This document shows positions 8,976-19,446 of a DNA stretch of 64,000 nucleotides, piece after piece (position 1 is the first letter of the stretch; each line of letters opens with the position of its first letter). A program made the position numbers and the translations under genes. This DNA is from Spirochaetia bacterium (GTDB lineage: Bacteria; Spirochaetota; Leptospiria; Turneriellales; JAOUOS01), in NCBI GenBank assembly GCA_029880265.1, contig JAOUOT010000002.1:117353-181352 (forward strand), written 5' to 3'. The notes beneath the pieces were generated by a model. The model did not search any database. It saw nothing but the letters and a program-made list of their open reading frames with translations, and was not told the origin of the DNA.

Positions 8976-10046
8976 TTATTTAATATTCTCTTTTTTTAAT
9001 TCTTTTTTAGTATATTCTATCGGAAGTTCCGGATACATATTCAACGGATTTTCGACTAATTGAGCATTTGGAGGCGGTTTATAATTAAATAAACTTTTTT
9101 TTATGCCGGTTCCAATTTTAATCTCATTAAACTTGAACGTATGAGTTATTTCTTCTGATTTAAAATTAATTTCTTTTAGCATCTCATTATCTACTGAAAT
9201 TATTATTTCAGAAATATCCCTTTTGTCATTCTTATACACATATTGACTATTTTCTTCGACATAACTTCCCTTATAATATTTCAAAAACTCAAATATTCCC
9301 CCTGAATTTTCCGCCACCTCTTGTTTGGCGCAGATTTCAGTCTCGGGATTATATATCCACAAGAACTTACCGTTCGTTGCTATAATACTATTATCGGCAA
9401 GTATGATGTGAAGTTTGTCGGGATATTCATAAGAAATTTTACCTTTTTTATTAATGCCTGACGAACTACGATATTCGACATCGGCCATAAAGCTTGAAAA
9501 AATACCCTTTGCTTTGTCTTTTATTTCTTCAATGCCAACCGAAGAACTTATGTCAGCCGCATTGAAAAATAAGCTAAACGCTACTATCCATTTAAAAAAA
9601 TTCAAAGAAACCGAACGTAAGAAATTTATTATCTGTATATTGATAGGATCATGAGACTCGATTGAACCGTTTTCTATTTTATTCCAGTATTTCTTTATTT
9701 TATCCATTTCGTCGCCGTCTACCCATATTGAACCGCATTTTTCGCAATAATCTAAAATTATATTCGACATGCTCAAAAAATTTACTTTTATCATATGTGT
9801 ATTTTCGCAATAACCGCATGGAATATAATCATGATTATCTTTATGCGGGTCATGATCAATCGACGAAAATTCGATATCTTCTGTAGGAAAAAATCCCTCA
9901 TAGTGAGGAATCATCTGATTTAATTCGCCTTTATGAAGGTACATTCCTTCACATTTTTGGCATGCTATAATTTTTTTACCGTCTTTTTCAATAATTTTTA
10001 ATTTTTGATTATTTTTACATACCGGACAATTTTCAATTTTTGCCAT
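8976..10046 (-). CDS. double zinc-ribbon / transmembrane / LolA-like domain protein
   Basis: Two CxxC...CxxC units are present. They are CPVCKN...CQKCEGMYLHKGEL and CGYCEN...CEKCGSIWVDGDEMDKI, the zf-TFIIB-type pattern C-x2-C...C-x2-C-G-x-W-x-D. A hydrophobic segment (FFKWIVAFSLFF) follows, then a C-terminal LolA-like string (KGKISYEYPDKLHIILADNSIIATNGKFLWIYNPETE). Confidence 0.55.
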   Translation of the reverse strand: MAKIENCPVCKNNQKLKIIEKDGKKIIACQKCEGMYLHKGELNQMIPHYEGFFPTEDIEFSSIDHDPHKDNHDYIPCGYCENTHMIKVNFLSMSNIILDYCEKCGSIWVDGDEMDKIKKYWNKIENGSIESHDPINIQIINFLRSVSLNFFKWIVAFSLFFNAADISSSVGIEEIKDKAKGIFSSFMADVEYRSSSGINKKGKISYEYPDKLHIILADNSIIATNGKFLWIYNPETEICAKQEVAENSGGIFEFLKYYKGSYVEENSQYVYKNDKRDISEIIISVDNEMLKEINFKSEEITHTFKFNEIKIGTGIKKSLFNYKPPPNAQLVENPLNMYPELPIEYTKKELKKENIK

Positions 10047-10205
10047 ATCCGCCTTCTTTTCATTGTTTATTTTATACTTGATACTATTATCTATTAACCA
10101 TAAATGTTAATATTTTTTATTTAAATATGCAATATAGTCATTATTTTAGTTTTCATCAATAAAAACTATTAAATTTTATATATATTTTTCTTTAATATCT
10201 TAAAA

Positions 10206-11795
10206 TCAGTTATATTCGTTCTCTGGCCGATATAGTATATCAATTCCTGAATCTAGATAACCAATCCACACAAAATCATCTTCTATACGAATCATTGTCA
10301 CTTCGTTAGAGCTAAGGCCTTCAATTGCTCTTAGTTTTTCAATTTTTTCGGTTTCTCTATTAAAAATTCGAATGCCGTTGCCCGATGTTCCAATCCATAT
10401 TTCTTTATCTTTTTTAGCTATCGTGGTGGGGAAAGGAATTCCCCAATCAAAAGATTTAATCTTTTTTTGAATCATATCATATCGATATATTCCGGCTTTA
10501 TGAACGCCAATCCACAAATAACGTCCATCAATAAACAGCGCCTTTATATTATCTTCTTTGAGAAATCCGTTTTTTTTATTTAAATATAGAATTTCATTAT
10601 TTTTTTTATCTTTTATAATGACGCCGTTTTCCAGAGTTCCAAAAGCGATATATTGATGATCTGCTACGATAGAGTAAACATAATTTGTTTTAATAAATGA
10701 ATTAACGTCGAGTATTTCAATGCTTTTCTTATAGATATCATATTTTACCGCTCCGTTTGAAAGAGTTGTAAAGTATATATATCTATCGTCTTTTATTACT
10801 TTTTGAGCCAAAGTGAACATCTTTTCTTTTTGGTTTAACGAGTACACCCTGCTTTTTTTCTTGTCATAAACAAAAATTCCGTCATATGAAGCCAGATATA
10901 GATTATCAAAATCGACATAAGCTGATCTTAGCTGGCTCGAGGGCAGCGATATTCTGTCAAAAATTTCTCTTGAACGAGAAAAGCGGGCCAATCCCCTTCC
11001 CCATGTTACCACCCATACGTCGTCTCCGTCGACCCTTATATCGGCGACCGCATTATCGGGCAGACCTTCTTTATTTGTTATATTAATTAAAGTTAATTTT
11101 CTAAGTAAAAATTTTAATTTGGGCGTCTCTATCTTGCCAAGCTGCATTGATCTTAGTAAATATGAATAAGCCAGATGGTTTTTTCTGAATTTATTTGCGA
11201 AAAGCAATCCCAATTTATAATATGCTTTTTGTATTGCTTTATTTTTTTCGTTTTCAGACATGCCGATATTTTGCGCTTCAAGCAGCCTTAGCGCATTTTG
11301 ATAATATTTTGTCGCATTTTTCCATTGTCTGCTATCTTCCATTAATTGCCCCAAAATCATATACGCGTTTATAATTTGATTTTTTTTATCTGTTTTTTTC
11401 TCTTGATTTAAATATTCTTTCAGGTAATATTCTGATCTTTGAGTAATTTTTAATTCATAATAACAATTTCCAAATAAATAAAGAATTTCTTTTCGATAAC
11501 GGTTATGCGGATATCTCTTTTGTAATTTGCTGTAGTATGAAATTGCGTCAAAATATTCTTTTTGATTACGGGCGATTTCTCCTAAGTAAAAAAAAGCGTC
11601 GCGAACCTCATATTCATAAGGATTTTGTTTAATAAAAGCGTTAAATTTTACTTTGGCTTCGTTCCATTCTTTATCTTCAAAATGATCAATTCCTTCTTCA
11701 AAAAGCTCTAAAGAAGTTGAAGCATCTATAAAATAAGGCGCGGCAAAAAACAACAATAATATTATTTTTATTTCAAATCTACGATTGAATTTCAT
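10206..11795 (-). CDS. exported TPR-repeat plus beta-propeller (two-component-regulator-propeller-like) protein
   Basis: Signal peptide (IILLLFFAAPYFIDAS). The N-terminal half is TPR-like (YYLGEIARNQKEYFDAISYYSKLQKRYP...). The C-terminal half has repeated D..VW.GT..GL-type blades (DGDDVWVVTWGRGLARF; EIWIGTSGNGIRIF; DDFVWIGYLDSGIDIL). Confidence 0.6.
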   Translation of the reverse strand: MKFNRRFEIKIILLLFFAAPYFIDASTSLELFEEGIDHFEDKEWNEAKVKFNAFIKQNPYEYEVRDAFFYLGEIARNQKEYFDAISYYSKLQKRYPHNRYRKEILYLFGNCYYELKITQRSEYYLKEYLNQEKKTDKKNQIINAYMILGQLMEDSRQWKNATKYYQNALRLLEAQNIGMSENEKNKAIQKAYYKLGLLFANKFRKNHLAYSYLLRSMQLGKIETPKLKFLLRKLTLINITNKEGLPDNAVADIRVDGDDVWVVTWGRGLARFSRSREIFDRISLPSSQLRSAYVDFDNLYLASYDGIFVYDKKKSRVYSLNQKEKMFTLAQKVIKDDRYIYFTTLSNGAVKYDIYKKSIEILDVNSFIKTNYVYSIVADHQYIAFGTLENGVIIKDKKNNEILYLNKKNGFLKEDNIKALFIDGRYLWIGVHKAGIYRYDMIQKKIKSFDWGIPFPTTIAKKDKEIWIGTSGNGIRIFNRETEKIEKLRAIEGLSSNEVTMIRIEDDFVWIGYLDSGIDILYRPENEYN

Positions 11796-11807
11796 GTTTT
11801 TTTTAAC

Positions 11808-13154
11808 TTAAAATAATTCTGTTAATATATTCTCGGACGCTAAGCGGTATTTCAACAATCTTTTGATAAAATCGTCAGATTCTGTTTTAATATAAGCCGA
11901 CGCTAAAGAAGAATAATTTTTTATCCATTCCATTGGAATATACGCATACGCAATTTTTCTTAACGATTTATCTTTATTTCCAAATATCCATCTAATAAAC
12001 CGCCGGTTATTAAACTCGGGCAGTAAAAATATTTTTGTTAAATTCTGCTTTACTGCCGCCGCTTTCATCTCTTCAGGCATACCATCCCAAAACTCAAAAG
12101 ATTTTTCGGGCATTGTTTTTAATCTAACGCGAAAGCATGCACAGCTTATTTCTACTTTGCATCTGTCTTTTAAAATATTTTGTTCATTTGAATGCATTCT
12201 ATCATAATTTGAAGAGAACAAGTAAACGGCGCTTGTGGTTTCATTTGCGGATATAATTTGATTAAATATTTTCTTTAACCTGTCTCTTCTTGAAGAGTCG
12301 CGATGTTCCAGCGCGGTAAAATAAGACGAGATTAGCCAACGGTTTATGATAGAAGAATTTTTTTTTGCTAATTTTTCATAATCAGCCCCGTCAAATTGAT
12401 ATTTATCAATAATATTTAAGATTTGGGTTAGTCTATGTTTAGGAACCCCGCTGATATCAAAATCTAAAAAGGCGTCGGATAGATCTTTTATATTTCCTTT
12501 TTTATTTTCAGCTAAAAGAACTCCCCAAAATATATTATGTATTTCTTCTGTGTTAAGCAGTTTCGCTTCAGTTAAATATGGCTTTATTAAATCGATTATT
12601 TTGCGATCATGTTCTCTTGAAGCTAAAAACCACTCATGCCCAAGTTGAAAGCGATAAAACACCTGTTGAAACCATTCTATTTCTTCGGATCCCGGATTTT
12701 CAACCGTTTTAATAAAGTATAGCCCAAGTTTTCGGTTATCTTTTTTCTTGAATAATTTAGCCAGAATAAATCTAAATTTTTTTGAATCAATCTTTGCCAG
12801 AATCTTAACGATTTTTTCGGCAAAATTTCTCTTCTTATTTTTTTGTAAAAAAGAAAACAGCGAATTAAAGTGATTTTGGGGCAAAATAATTTCCATTTGA
12901 ATTAATATTCTATTTATAACATTCTTTGAGTTCTCTTTATATAAATGATTGAATATCTTTTCTGTCAGATTTTTATTTTTCTTTTCAAATGCCTCATTTA
13001 TCATTTTGAGTTTTTCATCGTCTGATCCAGATTCTAATTTTTTAATTAATGTTTCCTGATAGTTGTCTTTTGACTTTTTTTTTTGAACAGAATATAAAGA
13101 AGTATTCATAAATATGAATATGTAAAAGACTATAAGATAAGGCAGAATTCGCAT
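11808..13154 (-). CDS. hypothetical exported alpha-helical repeat protein
   Basis: 448-aa ORF with an N-terminal signal-like segment (ILPYLIVFYIFIFMNTSLYS). It is helical and Lys-rich, and no family was recognised. It is co-directional and tightly spaced with its neighbours. Confidence 0.45.
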   Translation of the reverse strand: MRILPYLIVFYIFIFMNTSLYSVQKKKSKDNYQETLIKKLESGSDDEKLKMINEAFEKKNKNLTEKIFNHLYKENSKNVINRILIQMEIILPQNHFNSLFSFLQKNKKRNFAEKIVKILAKIDSKKFRFILAKLFKKKDNRKLGLYFIKTVENPGSEEIEWFQQVFYRFQLGHEWFLASREHDRKIIDLIKPYLTEAKLLNTEEIHNIFWGVLLAENKKGNIKDLSDAFLDFDISGVPKHRLTQILNIIDKYQFDGADYEKLAKKNSSIINRWLISSYFTALEHRDSSRRDRLKKIFNQIISANETTSAVYLFSSNYDRMHSNEQNILKDRCKVEISCACFRVRLKTMPEKSFEFWDGMPEEMKAAAVKQNLTKIFLLPEFNNRRFIRWIFGNKDKSLRKIAYAYIPMEWIKNYSSLASAYIKTESDDFIKRLLKYRLASENILTELF

Positions 13155-13172
13155 ATTATAATAATAATTAGT

Positions 13173-13649
13173 TTATTCTTCTTTTTTGGCGGTATCAGAT
13201 TTTTGTTTTAAAATCCAAAATACAAAAGTTAATACTAGAATCAATATTGAAACGGCCGCAATATAAATATTTCTTAATGAATTAATATCTATAAGCGTAT
13301 TTTCTTGCTCTTCAATACTCTTTTTCTCGTCGATAAATTTCCATATTTGAACGTCATTATCGTAATATAAATATGTTTTAGCAAAGTCTTTACCGGCTTC
13401 TTTATCGTTTTTTAGTATGCCTATTTTATTTTCTAATTTGCTTATTGAATTATTTATCGATGCTATTTCATTTTCCAGATTTTTCTTTTTAATTAATTCA
13501 TTTTGATACTCGAGATATCCGTTTCTACCAAAATAAAAATTATATACGATTATACATAAAATTAAAAATAAAAAGGGCCATAAAAGCCAATTTTCATAAC
13601 TCGATTTTAACAATTCGCGAATTTTCACTAAATATAACTTAATTATCAT
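13173..13649 (-). CDS. ftsB: septum formation initiator (FtsB/DivIC family)
   Basis: An N-terminal TM is followed by FGRNGYLEYQNELIKKKNLENEIASINNSISKLENKIGILKND, the TM plus leucine-zipper pattern of FtsB/DivIC. It lies directly downstream of eno, a widely conserved arrangement. An extra C-terminal TM is present. Confidence 0.6.
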   Translation of the reverse strand: MIIKLYLVKIRELLKSSYENWLLWPFLFLILCIIVYNFYFGRNGYLEYQNELIKKKNLENEIASINNSISKLENKIGILKNDKEAGKDFAKTYLYYDNDVQIWKFIDEKKSIEEQENTLIDINSLRNIYIAAVSILILVLTFVFWILKQKSDTAKKEE

Positions 13650-13678
13650 GACTATTTAAGTCAAGAAAAATATATTAT

Positions 13679-14974
<1,296 letters not shown>

Positions 14975-15146
14975 TTAAAGAGCTCTTGTAAACGGCAATT
15001 TTTTATATTTTTTCCAAAAAAAATCAATTTTAAGCGGAATGATTTTGAAATAAAGGGGTATTTATATATTAATATGAGATTACAAAAAAACATCGGAGAG
15101 TTGCTCATTTCTTGTAGTCTCAATATAATAGTTAAAGGAGAAAAAA

Positions 15147-15518
15147 ATGTACGAAAACAAAATGCAAATTCACCAAATCGTGGGACGTCTGGTAAAAGAC
15201 CCTGAACTTAAAGAAACGAAAACAGGAAAGCTTCTGCTGAACTTTACCATAGCATATAACACAAGAAGAACGTCAGACTCAGAGGGTTCCCATTCTAATT
15301 TTCTGCCCGTTGAAATTTGGGAAAAAAGCGCCGAGAAGTTTTCTAAGATATTAAAAAAAGGGATGAAAATCATCGCCAAAGGCGAACTGCTTCAGAATCG
15401 ATGGAAAAATGAGAATGGAGAAACACGCTCAACCATACGCCTTTCGGCTGAAGATATCGCCGTCGCAGATTTGAAATTCAGGCCCTCTGAAGAGATAGTA
15501 GCGCAGCTTACAGCCTAA
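15147..15518 (+). CDS. ssb: single-stranded DNA-binding protein (short form, no acidic tail)
   Basis: OB-fold pattern: IVGRLVKDPELKETKTGKLLLNFTIAYN...FLPVEIWEKSAEKFSKILKKGMKIIAKGELLQNRWKNENGETRSTIRLSAEDI. It ends ...EEIVAQLTA without a DDDIPF-type tip. Confidence 0.7.
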   Translation: MYENKMQIHQIVGRLVKDPELKETKTGKLLLNFTIAYNTRRTSDSEGSHSNFLPVEIWEKSAEKFSKILKKGMKIIAKGELLQNRWKNENGETRSTIRLSAEDIAVADLKFRPSEEIVAQLTA

Positions 15519-15549
15519 TTGCTTTACAAAGAGTTTTGCAAAATTAAAT

Positions 15550-15695
15550 GGTTGTGTAATAAGCGGTATTTCGATACATTTTCGGCCGTTCATTGAGTTA
15601 AAAATGCCTAAAATAAGCATTTTTCGTATCGCAAGCAAAGCTAGCCGAAGGCTGATGAGGCGGAAAACACTCAATAACCGACTTATTACACAGCC
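15550..15695 (+). ncRNA. candidate structured RNA (unknown class) between ssb and the DUF167 gene
   Basis: A 14-bp closing stem pairs 15550-15563 with 15682-15695; its one G-U pair is valid only on the plus strand. Further pairing: 15564-15567/15777-style continuation (cggt/accg at 15677-15680) and a 7-bp helix 15592-15598/15669-15675. An internal perfect 8-bp hairpin pairs 15600-15607 with 15617-15624. The span has no ORF. Confidence 0.3.
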
Positions 15696-15713
15696 CCATA
15701 ATTTCGATTTAAC

Positions 15714-15929
15714 ATGATAATTAACGTAAAAGCTCATACCAATTCTTCTGAAAAAAAAATATTAATCAAAGACGAAACTTTTCACGTTTACATTCATATA
15801 GCGGCCGAAAAAGGAAAAGCAAACAAAGAGCTGATAAAATTAATCGCTGAATATTTTAAGGTTCCTTTAAGCAAGGTAAAGATAATCAAAGGATTACGTT
15901 CTCGCAGCAAGAAAGTTGAAGTTCTTTAA
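15714..15929 (+). CDS. DUF167 (YggU-like) family protein
   Basis: 71 aa. The pattern INVKAHTNSSEKKI...VYIHIAAEKGKANKELIKLIAEYFKVPLSKVKIIKGLRSRSKKVEV matches the YggU/DUF167 consensus (KA.pna...G.AN..l...la..l.v....v.i..G..sr.K.v.i). Confidence 0.7.
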   Translation: MIINVKAHTNSSEKKILIKDETFHVYIHIAAEKGKANKELIKLIAEYFKVPLSKVKIIKGLRSRSKKVEVL

Positions 15930-17072
15930 TCAGTTGCGGCGTCTCGCGGTCTTGGGCGTAAGCGCGTCAATAAATTCAAGATAGCGTTTAGATTCTTTTT
16001 CGCCTTCGGCAAAACCCGTAATTTTAACGCCTATAATTACGTCATTTGCAGGGTTAGTTCCAAAATAAGCGATTTCAGAAAAAACGCTTATCGGCTTTTG
16101 AACTCCAAAGATTATATCAAAGCTAAATCCTTTTTGTTGTATTAAATTTTTCTTCAAAGCCGCGTCAGTGATGAGAAGCTGAAGCCCTCTTTTTGAAATA
16201 TTTCTGACTATCTGGTTCGTATGCACATAAACCGCATTCGCTTCTCTAACCTTATCAATCATGCTATTCGCGATTTCTTTTATTTCATCGGCCATCTCAA
16301 TGGAAATTGGATTTTTTTTATTCACTAATTGAATATAACCAATAGACATTTTTTTGCCGTCATGCCCTACATAATTGATGGGAACAATAAGCTCAGATAC
16401 GATTTTCTTGCTTTTATATTCATGAATAACCTTGTTTATGTCGCTTTCCATTTCGTTTCTGTAATCAATGAATTTTTCATGATCGTCAGACATATAAGAA
16501 TATTCATCTGTAGTGTCTGATATATATAACATTTTTCCCGATTTTCTTACAAGTTCAAATTTTTCTGTTTTTTTATCAAAAACTTCTACATGTATATCGT
16601 CAGCCTTGTCTGATAAAACATTTTCATATTGTTTAAAATAAACCTTTATAGATGTAGGCACATTAAATAATAAGGAGCTTATCACCTGTTTTGTCGCCCT
16701 TATATTGCTGACATGAACCTTATTTCTTTCAATGGGAATTCTTTGGTCTTTTCTATCTTCTAATGAAACTTTTATTTCGCGCAATTCAGCCGTATAGTTT
16801 TCTCTGTCATGTCTTTCTTTTATGGCCGCGTTTATCAACATATATTTTCCGTTCATGCGATAAAATATGGCACTTTCCTTCAGTTCATATTCTGTTTTAA
16901 TCTCTATTTCAAGGGGATCTTTTACCTCGCGAACTGTTAAGACGATAGGATTATACAAACCTTTGATAAAAAAAGTATTTCCTGAGAGATAATTTCCCGC
17001 CATTTTTTTTAAGCCGTCAGTATCATTGATAATCTGAAACTTGCGCTGTAGTCTTTCGTGAAAAGTTCCCAT
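15930..17072 (-). CDS. hypothetical protein, possible GAF-like middle and degenerate PilZ-like C-terminal domains
   Basis: 380-aa ORF. LIVPINYVGHDGKKMSIGYIQLVNKK is GAF-like. NISKRG fits the (D/N)xSxxG half of a PilZ motif, but no clear RxxxR lies upstream. The assignment is weak. Confidence 0.35.
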   Translation of the reverse strand: MGTFHERLQRKFQIINDTDGLKKMAGNYLSGNTFFIKGLYNPIVLTVREVKDPLEIEIKTEYELKESAIFYRMNGKYMLINAAIKERHDRENYTAELREIKVSLEDRKDQRIPIERNKVHVSNIRATKQVISSLLFNVPTSIKVYFKQYENVLSDKADDIHVEVFDKKTEKFELVRKSGKMLYISDTTDEYSYMSDDHEKFIDYRNEMESDINKVIHEYKSKKIVSELIVPINYVGHDGKKMSIGYIQLVNKKNPISIEMADEIKEIANSMIDKVREANAVYVHTNQIVRNISKRGLQLLITDAALKKNLIQQKGFSFDIIFGVQKPISVFSEIAYFGTNPANDVIIGVKITGFAEGEKESKRYLEFIDALTPKTARRRN

Positions 17073-17079
17073 TTTATTT

Positions 17080-18324
17080 TTAATCTTTTAATAAATGCCC
17101 TAATTTTGAAAATTTTGTATCTAAATATTTTTGATTATATTTATTGGGTTTGATGACAAGCGGGACCCTTTCTACAACTTCGAGATTATAGGCATCTAGA
17201 CCCACAATTTTTCTTGGATTATTGGTTAATAGTCTGATTTTTTTTAATCCCAATTTTACCAGTATCTGAGCTCCTATACCATAATCTCTTAAATCAGGCG
17301 GAAATCCGAGTTTTTCATTTGCTTCAACCGTATCTAAACCTTCATCTTGCATATGATAGGCCTTTAGCTTATTTACAATGCCTATTCCCCGGCCTTCCTG
17401 GCGCATATACAATATTACTCCCTTTTTCTGATCTGCTATTAATTTCATTGCCGCTTCAAGTTGTTCTCCGCAATCGCATCTTTGGGAATTAAAAACGTCA
17501 CCCGTTAAACACTCTGAATGAACCCTTACCAGTATGGGTTCCTGTTCGTTCCAGGAGCCCATTGATAAAGCCATATGCACCTTTTTATCTAATGAGCACT
17601 TGAATGCCTTAACGTTAAAAACACCATATTTTGTGGGTATTTTAGCCTCGGCCTCAAAATTTACATTTTTTTCGCGTTTTCTTCGATATGCGATTAAATC
17701 TTTAATCGTTACTATTTTTAAATTATGCTTCTGCGCGAACTTTATAAGATCCTTCATTCTTGCCATAGTGCCGTCAGAGTTCATTATCTCGCAAATTACG
17801 CCCGCCGGTTTTTTACCAGCTAAATTCATTAAATCAATACATGCTTCAGTGTGACCTGCCCGCACCAGTACTCCTCCGTCTTTTGCGACTAAGGGGAAAA
17901 CATGCCCCGGTTTAACAAAATCTTCAGAGTTTGTTTTAAAATCGCTTAGTTGTTTTATTGTTTTTGACCTATCTGAAGCCGATATCCCTGTTTTAATATT
18001 ATGCTTTGCGTCGACTGAAATAGTAAAAGCCGTTCTATGAACATCCTGATTTTCTTTTACCATAGGACCAAGCTCTAATTGCGCGGCCCTTTCTGAAGTA
18101 ATGGGAGCGCATATTAAACCTCTGCCATGAGACGCCATAAAATTTATTTTTTCAGGAGTCGCGTCTTGCGCCGACATCACCAAATCTCCCTCATTTTCGC
18201 GATCTTCAGAGTCTGTCACAATCAGCATCCTGCCCGATTTAATGTCTTTAATGGCCTCTTCAATGGACGATAATATTTCTTTCTCGTTTTTCTTTTTTTT
18301 AAGTTTTGAAAGTACAGCTCTCAT
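17080..18324 (-). CDS. ribBA: bifunctional 3,4-dihydroxy-2-butanone-4-phosphate synthase / GTP cyclohydrolase II
   Basis: 414 aa. The RibB half carries [17 protein letters not shown] and RAGHTEA. The RibA half carries [13 protein letters not shown]...RCDCG and [10 protein letters not shown]. Confidence 0.95.
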   Translation of the reverse strand: MRAVLSKLKKKKNEKEILSSIEEAIKDIKSGRMLIVTDSEDRENEGDLVMSAQDATPEKINFMASHGRGLICAPITSERAAQLELGPMVKENQDVHRTAFTISVDAKHNIKTGISASDRSKTIKQLSDFKTNSEDFVKPGHVFPLVAKDGGVLVRAGHTEACIDLMNLAGKKPAGVICEIMNSDGTMARMKDLIKFAQKHNLKIVTIKDLIAYRRKREKNVNFEAEAKIPTKYGVFNVKAFKCSLDKKVHMALSMGSWNEQEPILVRVHSECLTGDVFNSQRCDCGEQLEAAMKLIADQKKGVILYMRQEGRGIGIVNKLKAYHMQDEGLDTVEANEKLGFPPDLRDYGIGAQILVKLGLKKIRLLTNNPRKIVGLDAYNLEVVERVPLVIKPNKYNQKYLDTKFSKLGHLLKD

Positions 18325-18439
18325 TTTTTATTCTCTTCTTATTGTAATTTATTTCTTATTATAAAATTAATATAATTTTTACGCTTTTTGGCATTAAAAA
18401 ATATATTCTTTAACATTTATGATTTTGCTTTATAAAAGC

Positions 18440-19387
18440 TCATTCAAAAATTTTGACAGAAGCCGCATATTTTAGAATTTTTTTGCTCAATAAATCTTTA
18501 TCTAAATTTCCTTCGGAACCATAAGAAACCGTATATGCAAATTCAGGACTTTTATTCTTACTGTACTTAGGGTGTAAAGATTGTATTATAGTATAACCTT
18601 CGTTAAAAAAAGCCACTTTGTTATAGGGATGTTTTTCATTTGTTATTTTTTTCCATTCGTCTTTATAAGAATCGCTTAAATCTTTATCGGGAGATATGTA
18701 CCGATAAAGATAAAAAACCCCTCCTTTGTTTTCATGCTCTCCGATGACAATACCCGATATGTTCCAAACAACGTCGGTTTTATCTTGATGATAAGATAAA
18801 ACAAGCTTTAAATAACTTTTATCGTCAATATCGTGCATATCGTTTTCATATGATATAGAAAGTCTTTTCGATTTAAATTTTGCCCATTTTTTATTTTTAT
18901 AGCTAAAATCAACTTTTCTTAAAACATCGGGCAGATAATCTTTATATTCTAAAAATTCTTTCCATTCTTGAAAGGTTCCATAATATGATAAATACAGAAA
19001 ATCTACTAATATCTTTGTATCAACTATAAAACTAAAATCTATCGCTCCCGTGCTTCCGAACCTTAAAATCACGACCATGCCCGCCGGCGTCGGCATTGAA
19101 AAGGTCATTATCTTTTGATCAGAGTATTCGAGGTTCCAGGAGCGAACAATCCATTTTCTACTGTATTTATCGACATGAACATATTCTTCATCGGCTTTTC
19201 CCATAGAAGTAATTCTTACTTTATCAGATCCTACATTTCTCGAAATTGGAACCCCTTCTAATATTAAATCAAAAAACATTTTTGAATCGGAATATAAATC
19301 TCTTAATTTCATATCATCGGGTTTTTGAATTCTCATTAAAAAATATTCATTTATCCATCCATACTGTATAAATCCGTTTTTTCCCAA
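18440..19387 (-). CDS. hypothetical protein; probably the detached C-terminal part of the upstream protease gene
   Basis: The 315-aa ORF begins at a TTG. Its frame is open for a further ~46 codons upstream and overlaps the 3' end of the protease ORF. See the finding on the T6 tract at 19491-19496. Confidence 0.5.
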   Translation of the reverse strand: MGKNGFIQYGWINEYFLMRIQKPDDMKLRDLYSDSKMFFDLILEGVPISRNVGSDKVRITSMGKADEEYVHVDKYSRKWIVRSWNLEYSDQKIMTFSMPTPAGMVVILRFGSTGAIDFSFIVDTKILVDFLYLSYYGTFQEWKEFLEYKDYLPDVLRKVDFSYKNKKWAKFKSKRLSISYENDMHDIDDKSYLKLVLSYHQDKTDVVWNISGIVIGEHENKGGVFYLYRYISPDKDLSDSYKDEWKKITNEKHPYNKVAFFNEGYTIIQSLHPKYSKNKSPEFAYTVSYGSEGNLDKDLLSKKILKYAASVKIFE

Positions 19388-19446
19388 ATCGGCCTTTCCT
19401 TTTTCTGAAGGACCAAAGGCATCCCAGTATCCGTCTTTTCCCTGAG

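Noticed and set aside
15652-15668. CUGAUGAG...GAAA string resembling the hammerhead ribozyme catalytic core
   Set aside because: Only four nucleotides (GGCG) separate CUGAUGA from GAAA, so there is no stem II. I could not find a suitably placed stem III/cleavage triplet. It is most likely coincidental.
18325-18439. Expected FMN riboswitch upstream of ribBA
   Set aside because: The 115-bp leader is almost pure A/T. It lacks the conserved FMN-element segments and any substantial pairing, so no riboswitch was called.
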